This document shows, one piece after another, positions 51,429 through 60,803 of a DNA stretch of 64,000 nt. A program made the position numbers and the translations under genes. Numbering within the stretch: the first letter of the stretch is position 1; each line of letters opens with the position of its first letter. Below the pieces are notes generated by a model, which was not told the origin of the DNA, did no database searches, and saw only the letters and a program-made list of their open reading frames with translations. The DNA is taken from contig CAWIMY010000001.1 in assembly GCA_963837355.1 (NCBI GenBank), positions 18,714-82,713 of the forward strand, in the 5' to 3' direction. The stretch is from an uncultured Saprospiraceae bacterium (GTDB lineage: Bacteria; Bacteroidota; Bacteroidia; Chitinophagales; Saprospiraceae).

Positions 51429-52283
51429 ATGAAAAAAAAGCTATCGTTTTCAGGACATGATAAGTTTGCTTGTCGACAATTCTGGCTCAAGAAAGGATTG
51501 ACTCACGTAGAGCAAGATAAATCCTTCAATGCAGATGCAGTGATTGACTTAGGGGTTGGTCGAAATATGGTTACCGCAGTTCGTTATTGGATCAATGCCT
51601 TTGGTGTAGTGGAGGAGAATGTACCCACTCTCTTTGGAAAAGCGTTGTTGTCGGAAGGAGGTTTAGATCCTTACATTGAGGATATAGGAACCTTATGGTT
51701 ATTACACTACAACCTAGTGGTTACAGAAAAAGCATCTATATACTCTATTATATTCAACGACTTTTTAAGACAGAGAATAGAATTTACTAAGGAGGCTTTA
51801 TTAAAATATATAAGTGATTATTGCGAGAAGCGGAAAATTAACGTCAATAGCAGTTCTCTACAACACGATATCAATGTGTTTATTAGTAATTATACGTTAC
51901 CAGAGAATAAGAAAGGCATAGAGGCCACTTTTAACGGATTACTGTACGAGTTGCAGTTGGTAAATAAAATAAAGAGATCAGGGGGATGGTTTAAAATAGA
52001 GAACGGAGAACAATCTTCTTTGCATCCTTCTATTTTGTTGTTCTGTATGATTTTTAACGACTCTGAACGTAGAATCTTTAGTTTTAACGATTTGACGAAT
52101 AAAGACCACAGCATTGGTCGTGTGTTTTGTATGAGTCCTAACGCTTTACACGATAAGCTCAATCAACTAACAGAATTGTATCCAGAAAAACTCCTTTTTA
52201 CAGAAGATGCAGGAGTAAAAGTACTTCAAATTAAAGGCAACTTAGATGCCTGGCAAGTTCTAAAAGACTACTATGAGAACTAA
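51429..52283 (+). CDS. sspB: DUF4007-type protein, SspB-like
   Basis: N-terminus MKKKLSFSGHDKFACRQFWLKKGL matches my memory of the DUF4007 start (F.GHE.F..R..WL.KG). It is the first gene of a 3-gene operon with an ATPase and a PAPS-reductase-like protein. Confidence 0.6.
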   Translation: MKKKLSFSGHDKFACRQFWLKKGLTHVEQDKSFNADAVIDLGVGRNMVTAVRYWINAFGVVEENVPTLFGKALLSEGGLDPYIEDIGTLWLLHYNLVVTEKASIYSIIFNDFLRQRIEFTKEALLKYISDYCEKRKINVNSSSLQHDINVFISNYTLPENKKGIEATFNGLLYELQLVNKIKRSGGWFKIENGEQSSLHPSILLFCMIFNDSERRIFSFNDLTNKDHSIGRVFCMSPNALHDKLNQLTELYPEKLLFTEDAGVKVLQIKGNLDAWQVLKDYYEN

Positions 52284-55200
52284 TTTTTCTCCCTCCATTA
52301 ATATAATACGAGACGTTGACACCGATTTCTATTATGTCCCTACTTCTAACTCAAAGGCAACTTATGAGCAAATTGCTAAGCAGTTTAACACAGGTATTCA
52401 TTCTTTCAACATTGTAGGAAGTTATGGGACTGGGAAGTCTGCTTTTCTATTGGCACTCAGCAAACATTTACGTTCAGAAAAGAATTACTTCGGGCCTATA
52501 AATGGTCAGTTTAATGGTTGTAAGCAATTTGACTTTCTCAATATAGTAGGAAGTTACGGTTCTCTTATTGAAGCATTTGCAACGGCACTAGAGGTAGAAC
52601 CTTATCCTACTGTTATCTTGAAAAGCTTAACCGATAAACGGGGAGATGAAAAGAATACTTGTCAAGTTATTAGTATTGATGAGTTGGGTAAGTTCTTGGA
52701 ATATGCAGTAGAAAATAATCCCGATGAGGAGTTATACTTTATTCAGCAGTTAGCGGAACTCGCTAACGATGTAGACAGTAATATACTGTTTATTTCTACC
52801 TTACATCAAAATTTTGATGCCTATGCCATGGGGCTTTCTCGTAGCCAGCAGACGGAATGGGAGAAGGTTAAAGGGCGCTTGAAAGAATTAACTTTCAATG
52901 AGCCCGTAGAGCAATTATTGCAACTAGTAACGTTGTTCTTAGAAGAGAAGTTTGGAAATAGAGCGATCAAGAACAACGAGGAGTTGACACAGTGTATCCA
53001 AGAAGCTGGAGCCTTTAATTTGTTGCGTACTATTGACGAAAGTCTAGCGACAGGTCTCTATCCTTTTGATTTGTTATCTGCGATTGCTCTAACAAAAGCT
53101 CTACAAACCTATGGACAGAATGAGCGCTCTTTGTTTCATTTTCTGAGTGCGGAGGAAAAGTATGGCCTATATGATTACGATAAGGAAAACAACCCTTATT
53201 ACAACCTCAGCTGTGTTTATGATTACCTTCAATATAATTATTATAGTGTTTTATCTTCTAGACATAATCCTGCTTATTTTAAGTGGAGTTTGCTTAGGAA
53301 TTCTCTAGATAGAGTGCAATTAGAGTTGGCAACAAAAATAGAAGCAGCTCAAAAACTGGTTAAAGCTATAGGCCTACTGAATATTCTGGGAACGTCTGCT
53401 GCTAAAATAGATGATGCGTTGTTATTGGTCTATGGGGAAATAGCTTTAGGGTTAAAAGATACCGCAGGAATATTAAAATTGCTATTAAAGAAGAAAATTA
53501 TTCGCTACCAAAAATACAATGATCGGTACAAGTTATTTGAGGGGACGGATATTGATATCGATCAACTCATAGAAGACAAAAGGCGAATAGTAAAACCTAT
53601 TGTTGATATAGTAGCAGAGTTGAGAGGAAAGATTAAGGAAAAGATAGTACCTGCTAAAGCCATTACTTACAGAATAGGAACGCCTCGTTTCTTCGAACTC
53701 AACATCAGTAACACGCCTATTCTAAGTTTTCAGGCAAAAGATCGCGCTTTAGATGGAATTATCAATGTGATTTTTCAGGAAGACTTTGCTATTGCAGAAA
53801 TAGAGGATACTAAAGCAGAACCTATTTTGTATGGAGTTTACAAGACAACAGCACAGTTAAAGCTATTATTACAAGATATAAAAGCAACAGAGGCTGCTTT
53901 AACAGAAGCTCAAATAGATCGTGTTGCTAAGCAAGAATTAGTTGAACGAAAAAATTATCACATTGATATACTAAACCAAGCGATTGATGAGGATATCTTT
54001 AGCAGTAGTGAAAAAATAGATTGGTACTTTGATGGTAAACAAGTAGTAATTAACAGCTATAGAGAATTCAATAAGCAGCTGTCAGCTATTTGTGAGGTCT
54101 TGTTTACGGATACTCCTGTTTTCCGCAATGAATTGATGAATAAACAGAAGCCTTCAAGTGTTATTAATTCTTCTAGAAAACGATATTTTGAGCAACTGTT
54201 AGACAATTACAGTCTTCCTGGGCTCGGTTTCCCGAAAGCCAAACATCCTGCTGAAAAAACGATTTACTACACACTGTTGAATCATACAGGCATTCATCAA
54301 GAAAATGAGCAGGGGATCTACGCCTATTTTAGCACTCCCACGGAAGAGAGCTTTTTACCCTTGTGGGAAGCCAGCTGTGATTTCCTGAAAAGTGCCAAAT
54401 TAGGCAAGCGGTTTGTCTCCGAATTTGTAGATACATTACGGGCACAACCTTTTGGTCTAAAGGATGGATTTATCGAATTCTGGATAGGTACTTTTCTGTT
54501 TATTCATCGAGAAGATTTTGCTTTATTTGGAGAAGGGTACATTCCTAAGTTCTCTTCAGAAGTATTAGAACTGTTATTTAAAGATGCCCATAAGTACCAA
54601 GTCAAGACCTTTAACTTGGACGGTATACGCCTAGGTCTATTTAATACCTACAGAAGTTTAGTTCAAGCAAAAGCAGCAGGCAGCATAACAACTAGTTCCT
54701 TCAAAGAAACCGCTGCTCCGTTCTTGGTGTTCTATAAGCAACTACCCGATTATACGAAGCACACTGCTCGATTAGATGAAGATACCTTAACGTTTAGAAG
54801 TGTCATTAGTAAAGCCAAAGAGCTAGAGAAAACTTTTTTTGAGGATTTACCAGCCGCTTTTGGATTTACGCTCAAAACACTCCATGAGTCAGAAGGGGCT
54901 ATTGAGAAATTTGCCCATCAAATTACGCACAGCATAAAAGTTCTAAGAGAAGCTCTGAATGCCTTGGTAGAGCGTATCGAACACGGCATACTGGACATCT
55001 TAGGTCTGCAAGAGGGGACAGCACTAGAAGTGTATAGCGAAGTAATTAGAAAACGTTATGAACCCCTGAAGAAACACCTCTTGTTACCCAAACAGAAAGT
55101 TTTTTATAACCGTTTACTATCACAAATAGAAGACAAAGAAAATTGGATTAAAAATGTTGCCCACGCTGTCATTGGCAAGAAATTGGAGCAAATCACCGAT

Positions 55201-55476
55201 GTAGAAGAAGCCCAAATTGCCGATAAACTACAAGTAGCTTTTCAAGAGTTAGATGACTTGATAGAATTAGGTAAAACAGAAGTCAAAGCAGGAGAAGAAA
55301 TACTACGCGTCAAAATATCAGGGACACAAGATAAGGGCAAGAGCAAGAACATTGTCATTAGTGCCAAACAACAACCCAAAGTCACCGAACTAGAAGCAGC
55401 CATCGAGGGTATTTTATCCAAAAATAAAAAGATCAACCAAGCTGCTCTTCTAAAAGTTCTCAAAAAATATCTATAA
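52273..55476 (+). CDS. sspC: large P-loop NTPase in the SspC position
   Basis: Walker A IVGSYGTGKSAF near the N-terminus; 1067 aa. It overlaps the sspB-like gene by 11 nt and ends 1 nt before the sspD-like gene. Confidence 0.55.
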   Translation: MRTNFSPSINIIRDVDTDFYYVPTSNSKATYEQIAKQFNTGIHSFNIVGSYGTGKSAFLLALSKHLRSEKNYFGPINGQFNGCKQFDFLNIVGSYGSLIEAFATALEVEPYPTVILKSLTDKRGDEKNTCQVISIDELGKFLEYAVENNPDEELYFIQQLAELANDVDSNILFISTLHQNFDAYAMGLSRSQQTEWEKVKGRLKELTFNEPVEQLLQLVTLFLEEKFGNRAIKNNEELTQCIQEAGAFNLLRTIDESLATGLYPFDLLSAIALTKALQTYGQNERSLFHFLSAEEKYGLYDYDKENNPYYNLSCVYDYLQYNYYSVLSSRHNPAYFKWSLLRNSLDRVQLELATKIEAAQKLVKAIGLLNILGTSAAKIDDALLLVYGEIALGLKDTAGILKLLLKKKIIRYQKYNDRYKLFEGTDIDIDQLIEDKRRIVKPIVDIVAELRGKIKEKIVPAKAITYRIGTPRFFELNISNTPILSFQAKDRALDGIINVIFQEDFAIAEIEDTKAEPILYGVYKTTAQLKLLLQDIKATEAALTEAQIDRVAKQELVERKNYHIDILNQAIDEDIFSSSEKIDWYFDGKQVVINSYREFNKQLSAICEVLFTDTPVFRNELMNKQKPSSVINSSRKRYFEQLLDNYSLPGLGFPKAKHPAEKTIYYTLLNHTGIHQENEQGIYAYFSTPTEESFLPLWEASCDFLKSAKLGKRFVSEFVDTLRAQPFGLKDGFIEFWIGTFLFIHREDFALFGEGYIPKFSSEVLELLFKDAHKYQVKTFNLDGIRLGLFNTYRSLVQAKAAGSITTSSFKETAAPFLVFYKQLPDYTKHTARLDEDTLTFRSVISKAKELEKTFFEDLPAAFGFTLKTLHESEGAIEKFAHQITHSIKVLREALNALVERIEHGILDILGLQEGTALEVYSEVIRKRYEPLKKHLLLPKQKVFYNRLLSQIEDKENWIKNVAHAVIGKKLEQITDVEEAQIADKLQVAFQELDDLIELGKTEVKAGEEILRVKISGTQDKGKSKNIVISAKQQPKVTELEAAIEGILSKNKKINQAALLKVLKKYL

Positions 55477-55477
55477 T

Positions 55478-56602
55478 ATGAGTACCACTGTCAAACACGT
55501 ATTGGGAATTTCTGGAGGAAAGGATAGCGCCGCCTTGGCCATCTATATGCGCGATAACTATCCTGAATTGGAGGTGGAGTATTATACTTGTGATACGGGC
55601 AATGAACTGACAGAGACTTATGATTTAGTAGATAGTTTGGAGAGTTACCTGGGGAAGCCTATCACGAAACTACTAGCTGCTCTAGATACCCCTGAGCGTA
55701 CACCCTTTGATCACTTTTTGAGGGTATACGGCGGCTATTTGCCTTCTTCTACGGCTCGATGGTGCACAAAGAAAATGAAGCTTGATCCATTCGAAAAATA
55801 CATGGCAGGAGAGACGCCTACCATTTCTTATGTGGGTATTCGTGGAGACGAAGACAGAGATGGCTACATTTCTAAAAAATCTAACATCCAATCTATATTT
55901 CCATTTAGAAAAAACATTTGGAGCATTGATGTGATTCAAAAGGTCTTAGCAAATAACAAGATCAAATTTATAGAGGGCTTGTACAAGGAGTACGGCCACT
56001 CAGCTAGATTAGAAAGAACTTTAGAAATTGTCAAGCAGCCGTTGTCTGCCCATTTCAAAGTAGAACAAAAGTTAAACACCCTTTTAGAATTAGGAATTAA
56101 GGAATTCAATCGTGTCGTCTTTGCTTTCTTAAAAACTACCGATTACCCTATTGGACAGGCAGATCATTTTCCCTTAGTAGATAATGAAGATATCTTAGTT
56201 AGAGAAGACATTTTTCAAATTTTGAGAGAGACCGTAGGCATCCCAGCTTATTATGAACTCAAAGAGTACTACGTAGAAATAGATGGCGTCGTCCAAACAG
56301 GGTACTACTCTCGTAGTCGTTCGGGGTGTTTCTTCTGCTTCTTTCAGCAAAAAATAGAATGGGTTTGGCTCTACGAAACTCACACAGAGCTCTACAAGCA
56401 AGCAATGGAGTACGAGAAGGAAGGCTACTCTTGGATGGATAGTGAAACCTTAACTGAACTCGCCCAGCCTGAGCGTATTGTTGCTATCAAAAGAGAACAT
56501 TATCTTCGAATGAAACGTAACAAAAATCGCTCTAAGTCAGACTTGTTGAGCGATTTGTTGGATGATGCGGAGGGAGAGGGGTGTGCTGCTTGTTTTATAT
56601 AG
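55478..56602 (+). CDS. sspD: PAPS-reductase/PP-loop ATP pyrophosphatase, SspD/DndC-like
   Basis: PP-loop GISGGKDSAA. Cys clusters SGCFFCFF and GEGCAACFI at the C-terminus. Confidence 0.7.
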   Translation: MSTTVKHVLGISGGKDSAALAIYMRDNYPELEVEYYTCDTGNELTETYDLVDSLESYLGKPITKLLAALDTPERTPFDHFLRVYGGYLPSSTARWCTKKMKLDPFEKYMAGETPTISYVGIRGDEDRDGYISKKSNIQSIFPFRKNIWSIDVIQKVLANNKIKFIEGLYKEYGHSARLERTLEIVKQPLSAHFKVEQKLNTLLELGIKEFNRVVFAFLKTTDYPIGQADHFPLVDNEDILVREDIFQILRETVGIPAYYELKEYYVEIDGVVQTGYYSRSRSGCFFCFFQQKIEWVWLYETHTELYKQAMEYEKEGYSWMDSETLTELAQPERIVAIKREHYLRMKRNKNRSKSDLLSDLLDDAEGEGCAACFI

Positions 56603-56616
56603 ATGTATTAATTTAT

Positions 56617-57402
56617 CTATATATCCCCGAACAGCTTCGCTGCATAATCGGATTGTATAGTTAACCCCTTGTCAGTAAAGTAGGTAGGTTCAAATGAGTC
56701 TGCCAATGCAAGAAAATAAGGTCTCCATAGTCTTCTTTTTGCTCTATTCACTATGTTTAGATACTGCTTAGATTTCAATAAATTCATTAGTCTAGTACCA
56801 TAGAAGTTTCTTAGAACAAAATCGATCGTTAAAACGATGTCTAATGGAGGATGCATGAGTCTAGGCGCGTCTAAAACAAGTACATTCCCATAGTTTGTTT
56901 CTGAATCCTTTGTTAAACCAAATCCACCCATGTTGAAATGATATTCAGGATGAACTAAGCCTTTCCCTTCTCCATCGCTATCGTCTTCATTACGAATGTG
57001 CTTATCTAAATGCCATGAGATTTTGTAACGGGAATTCTCATCTTTTATTTTAGAAGAGGCTATGATCTGTACTCCATATTTACGCTTCTTATCCTGTAAG
57101 ATACAGTCAGATATATCTATTGGTTCTAAAGCCTTTTCATTAATCTTTACTCGTAATATTACTACGACATTCTCTATCTTTTCAAGGATCGTAGGTGGAA
57201 TTTTAAGTACTTCCTTATTGGAATAATTGAAGGTGAGATCACAGTCTAACTCTAGAGGGGTATTATTTGATGAAATCTTCTTTAATTTAGAGCGTAACCG
57301 TTCGATCTGCGCTCTAATTATTCCTGGTTCTTTACCCTTAAACACCCCTTCAAGCATTGTTAGTAGTAAGTCTATATCTTTAACAATTTCGCTGATTTGC
57401 AT
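56617..57402 (-). CDS. hypothetical protein, last gene of the sspE-like operon
   Basis: 261-aa ORF starting 6 nt after the upstream gene. No motif was recognised (VHPEYHFNMGGFG, LDAPRLMHPPLD). Confidence 0.55.
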   Translation of the reverse strand: MQISEIVKDIDLLLTMLEGVFKGKEPGIIRAQIERLRSKLKKISSNNTPLELDCDLTFNYSNKEVLKIPPTILEKIENVVVILRVKINEKALEPIDISDCILQDKKRKYGVQIIASSKIKDENSRYKISWHLDKHIRNEDDSDGEGKGLVHPEYHFNMGGFGLTKDSETNYGNVLVLDAPRLMHPPLDIVLTIDFVLRNFYGTRLMNLLKSKQYLNIVNRAKRRLWRPYFLALADSFEPTYFTDKGLTIQSDYAAKLFGDI

Positions 57403-57408
57403 AAATTA

Positions 57409-58503
57409 CTATGAATTGTATTTTTTTAGTCTTTCTAGTTCATAAGGAACTAAATCTTTCCATATCCCTCTATTTTCTTCACTGATGGCTTCATCAAGAC
57501 AGATATATTCATTTTCCTGCCACGAATAATGTAAGTGCTTATCGATGACAAAACCATCCAATTCAGAAATCGGAGTTTCTTTGTCACCGTAGCAGACAGT
57601 CCAATAATCTTCGCTAGATCCTCCATTTGCTAATTCTATTTTTATCAACCTTTCAGATAATACAGGGTACTTGTTTTGTAGCAAGCTAATTCGTTCACTT
57701 GCCATGAGATACTTTAAAGTGCTACCTTCAAAAGTAGTCTCCCACCAATCGTCTATTAATTCTGACCACCAGCGGGAATGGTAATCCATGATTCCAGAGT
57801 ATTTATACTGACTTACCATATCCAAAATATCACTCCATCCTTCTGATTGTTTGTCTATTCCAAATCGAGCTGCTAATACGTTCTCATTTATCAATGCTCC
57901 TTTTGGCATAATTAACTCTTCAGTTAAAAAGTATATTATTTCATGCGTGTCTCTTTCTCGTATATCAGAAACCTTTTTGATTAAGTCATAGTTGACCTTA
58001 TCTTTGTTCGAGTTAGATAATCCCAAAATGTTGCGTACAGATCTAGTTCCACTACTTCTTTGTACGTTGAGTTTTCTGTACTCTTCTACAAGTACTTTCA
58101 AGAGTTCTCCTTTCATAGCTAGTTCTTCCTTAGTACAAATAAGATCGAATAAATCTTTACTAGTCGTATCATTTGTATGCAGTAAACTAAAATTGGGTTG
58201 TGAGGAGCAAAGTATTATAGGAAAATCATGATTAAATTTCTCTTTATTTAAGGGTTGACTAACTAAACGTCGACATTGTTCTGCTAATGCTTCAGACGAA
58301 AAGTCTACTCGTGAATTATTTTCACCATCTAAACACCAATCTAATATTAAGCCATCTGGTTGCTCATCAAGAAGGATTCTTTTAGTATCTCTCCAAGGGT
58401 GATCTTCTCTATATTGAATAGATAACCCCTCAGTACGTTCTAATGTTCTCTTCACTCTTATGGCTGTATGTGCCGTGTCATCAAAGTATATGAATGTAAC
58501 CAT
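57409..58503 (-). CDS. receiver (REC)-like N-terminal domain protein with unknown Trp-rich C-terminal domain
   Basis: FIYFDD (D8, D9), GLILDWCL (D55), FPIILCSS (S100/S101) and K116 follow the order of CheY-type receiver residues, with non-canonical spacing. The C-terminal part reads YHSRWWSELIDDWWETTF. Confidence 0.45.
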   Translation of the reverse strand: MVTFIYFDDTAHTAIRVKRTLERTEGLSIQYREDHPWRDTKRILLDEQPDGLILDWCLDGENNSRVDFSSEALAEQCRRLVSQPLNKEKFNHDFPIILCSSQPNFSLLHTNDTTSKDLFDLICTKEELAMKGELLKVLVEEYRKLNVQRSSGTRSVRNILGLSNSNKDKVNYDLIKKVSDIRERDTHEIIYFLTEELIMPKGALINENVLAARFGIDKQSEGWSDILDMVSQYKYSGIMDYHSRWWSELIDDWWETTFEGSTLKYLMASERISLLQNKYPVLSERLIKIELANGGSSEDYWTVCYGDKETPISELDGFVIDKHLHYSWQENEYICLDEAISEENRGIWKDLVPYELERLKKYNS

Positions 58504-59723
58504 TATTTTCCGTATTTTTCATTTGGTAGTGTAATCATAAAGCAGGTAGTATATGGAGGAGTAGGATCAACTAGTTTAATGGTACCATTATATCCAACTA
58601 TTATGTTTTTAATTATATATAACCCTAGGCCTGTCCCAGTGTTTTCTTCTAAATCTTTTTTTGTTGTACCAATAGGATTAGCCGTAGTAAAGAATGAGCG
58701 GAATATCTTATTCTCGTTTTCGGGAGCAATCCCATCTCCATTATCTTGAAACTTTATAAAGACGTTCTTCTCGTCAGAGTAAGCGGATATACCTATACAT
58801 TTATCTTTAGGTGCTGCCCTTATTATTGCTTTTTTGGAGTTAGTATACAAATTGAAAAGTATAGATAGCCACTCAGAAGGGTGCATAGGGCAAGTCTTTG
58901 TAATCATAACATCGTATTTCTTTTCTAAGTAAATACCAGACTTTATACTACTGGGTTTTATTCTTTTTACAAACTCATTTATCACCTGCTTTACATTTAT
59001 AGGCTCTAATTCCCTCTTTGTATTAGCAGAAATAGAAGCTCTGAAATAAGCGGAATAAAACTTATAATTTTTAAACGCAGTTCTTAAGGAGCTTATATCG
59101 GCAAGAAGCTGAGATTTGTGAGGGCACTGACTCTTTTGCACTATGCCTTCGATATTGTTCACATCTAGTTCGAAATCTGTATCGAACTGCTCTATTTCAT
59201 GTACGAATTCACCTATAACTAGTCCAGTTCCTGCCAAGACTTGTAGCATAGCTACTTCTTTTATTTTTTCTTTTAGCTCCTCTTTTTGATTTTCTTCTAT
59301 TTCCTTCTTTACCTGATCTAATTTTTGAGGCAATGATTTGAGAAATAAGTCATTGGTTTTATCTTTATCTGGATCGTTAGATTGGTTTTTCTCTTGTACT
59401 CTTCTAATCTCCTCTTGCAAATTATAGTACCTCTCTATTATGGATTTTTCTCTGGCTAGCTTTTCATCTCTTCTTCTTTTAGCTTCCATAAACGCCTCAG
59501 CGGAGGCTAGTTGAAACATCGCTTTGTACAATACTTTATAGGTGAATACCTTTAATTCTTTAAAAGCCTTGTTCTCTATTAACCCCTCTCTACTAGCTGT
59601 TTCATCGAATATTTCTTTTCCACTCTCTTGGTCCATGATTTCTACAAATCCAAAGAGATTGTTGTTATTATACGGAATATTTATAGCAGTATCATTTCTA
59701 GTTTTCGAACAATCGACTGTCAA
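58503..59723 (-). CDS. histidine-kinase core (coiled coil + H-box + HATPase_c)
   Basis: H-box-like GLVIGEFVHEIEQF (H175). N-box LFNLYTNSKKAI. G1 DNGDGI. F-box IFRSFFTT. G2 GTGLGLYIIKNI. The frame is open only from 59726, so it may be the C-terminal half of the upstream gene. Confidence 0.7.
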   Translation of the reverse strand: MTVDCSKTRNDTAINIPYNNNNLFGFVEIMDQESGKEIFDETASREGLIENKAFKELKVFTYKVLYKAMFQLASAEAFMEAKRRRDEKLAREKSIIERYYNLQEEIRRVQEKNQSNDPDKDKTNDLFLKSLPQKLDQVKKEIEENQKEELKEKIKEVAMLQVLAGTGLVIGEFVHEIEQFDTDFELDVNNIEGIVQKSQCPHKSQLLADISSLRTAFKNYKFYSAYFRASISANTKRELEPINVKQVINEFVKRIKPSSIKSGIYLEKKYDVMITKTCPMHPSEWLSILFNLYTNSKKAIIRAAPKDKCIGISAYSDEKNVFIKFQDNGDGIAPENENKIFRSFFTTANPIGTTKKDLEENTGTGLGLYIIKNIIVGYNGTIKLVDPTPPYTTCFMITLPNEKYGK

Positions 59724-60780
59724 TATCTAGCCAGTCATTACCTTTCTCTCCATACGGCAGGACTCTGAAGCCATTTCTATATAGCTTAATACCACTAGAC
59801 TCTGCTGCCATTTTTTTGATGCCATTATATTCTAGCCTAGTAAAGTTGCTATCAAAGTCATAATAGTCTGCTCTATTGTATATAAAATAGTAGCACTTGA
59901 AATGAACATTACGTAGCTCTCTAAATCGTTCTTGAGAATCTTCTTTATCGTTCGCACTTATCCTTATTGCGTATTCGTCTAGCTCAAATTTCTCACTATA
60001 GACACTACAGTAACCATCTCCTTCATTATCTACAAAACCTTCAATAATAGCTACAGCTTTATCAAAAATCATTCTTTGAGGTTCTGCTATAGTTTGAATC
60101 TCACCGTTGAGGGATAGTTGCTCTTTGAATGAAACATGAAAGTAATTATCGGATTTATTCTTGGCTAAATTTAGAGAATTTGTTCTTTCAGATAGAAAAT
60201 TAGGTTGAAGTAAATCTGATACGTAGCGATAAACTCTACGGATTTCTACAGCTCCCCATGCTTCTCTTAAATTTCTTATAATTAGTTTAGTACCAGCTTC
60301 TTTAATAGGATTTACATATTCTACTTTATTAACAATAGATTGTAAATCGGTATCTATGTTATAATCATCCCAATTAATAGTTAGCTTCAAAGCCCTAGAC
60401 ATCTGCTTCATTTTAGTAACAATGACTAAAACAGTGCCTAGCCTTTGTGTGGAAAATCGGCCAATACCCTTTTTTCCAGCTTTCTTTCTATTGTATTTAT
60501 CTGAAATAGGATTATGAATCTTATTCGTTGATGAAAGTCTCATGAATCCATTCTCTAATCGCTCCAAATCCATTCCTTCACCATCATCATCAATTATCAA
60601 TGTACCTCCTGTGGTGCCAGCTTCTACAAATAATACATCAACATTATTCGCATCAGCGTCGTAGGAGTTTTTGATTAGTTCCGAAACAGCAGTTTCTGAT
60701 CTACCTACTAGTTCTATTCCTAGCCTGTTGATAATTCCAGCGTCTACTGAAAATGATAAATTTTTTGTTTTATCGTCCAC
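59698..60780 (-). CDS. GHKL ATPase (HATPase_c_3/MORC-like)
   Basis: Bergerat-fold motifs ELIKNSYDA (N-box), DDDGEGM (G1) and GKKGIGRFS (G2). Confidence 0.7.
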   Translation of the reverse strand: MDDKTKNLSFSVDAGIINRLGIELVGRSETAVSELIKNSYDADANNVDVLFVEAGTTGGTLIIDDDGEGMDLERLENGFMRLSSTNKIHNPISDKYNRKKAGKKGIGRFSTQRLGTVLVIVTKMKQMSRALKLTINWDDYNIDTDLQSIVNKVEYVNPIKEAGTKLIIRNLREAWGAVEIRRVYRYVSDLLQPNFLSERTNSLNLAKNKSDNYFHVSFKEQLSLNGEIQTIAEPQRMIFDKAVAIIEGFVDNEGDGYCSVYSEKFELDEYAIRISANDKEDSQERFRELRNVHFKCYYFIYNRADYYDFDSNFTRLEYNGIKKMAAESSGIKLYRNGFRVLPYGEKGNDWLDIDSRLFEN

Positions 60781-60803
60781 TGTTCTAATTTTACTGGTTA
60801 ATA

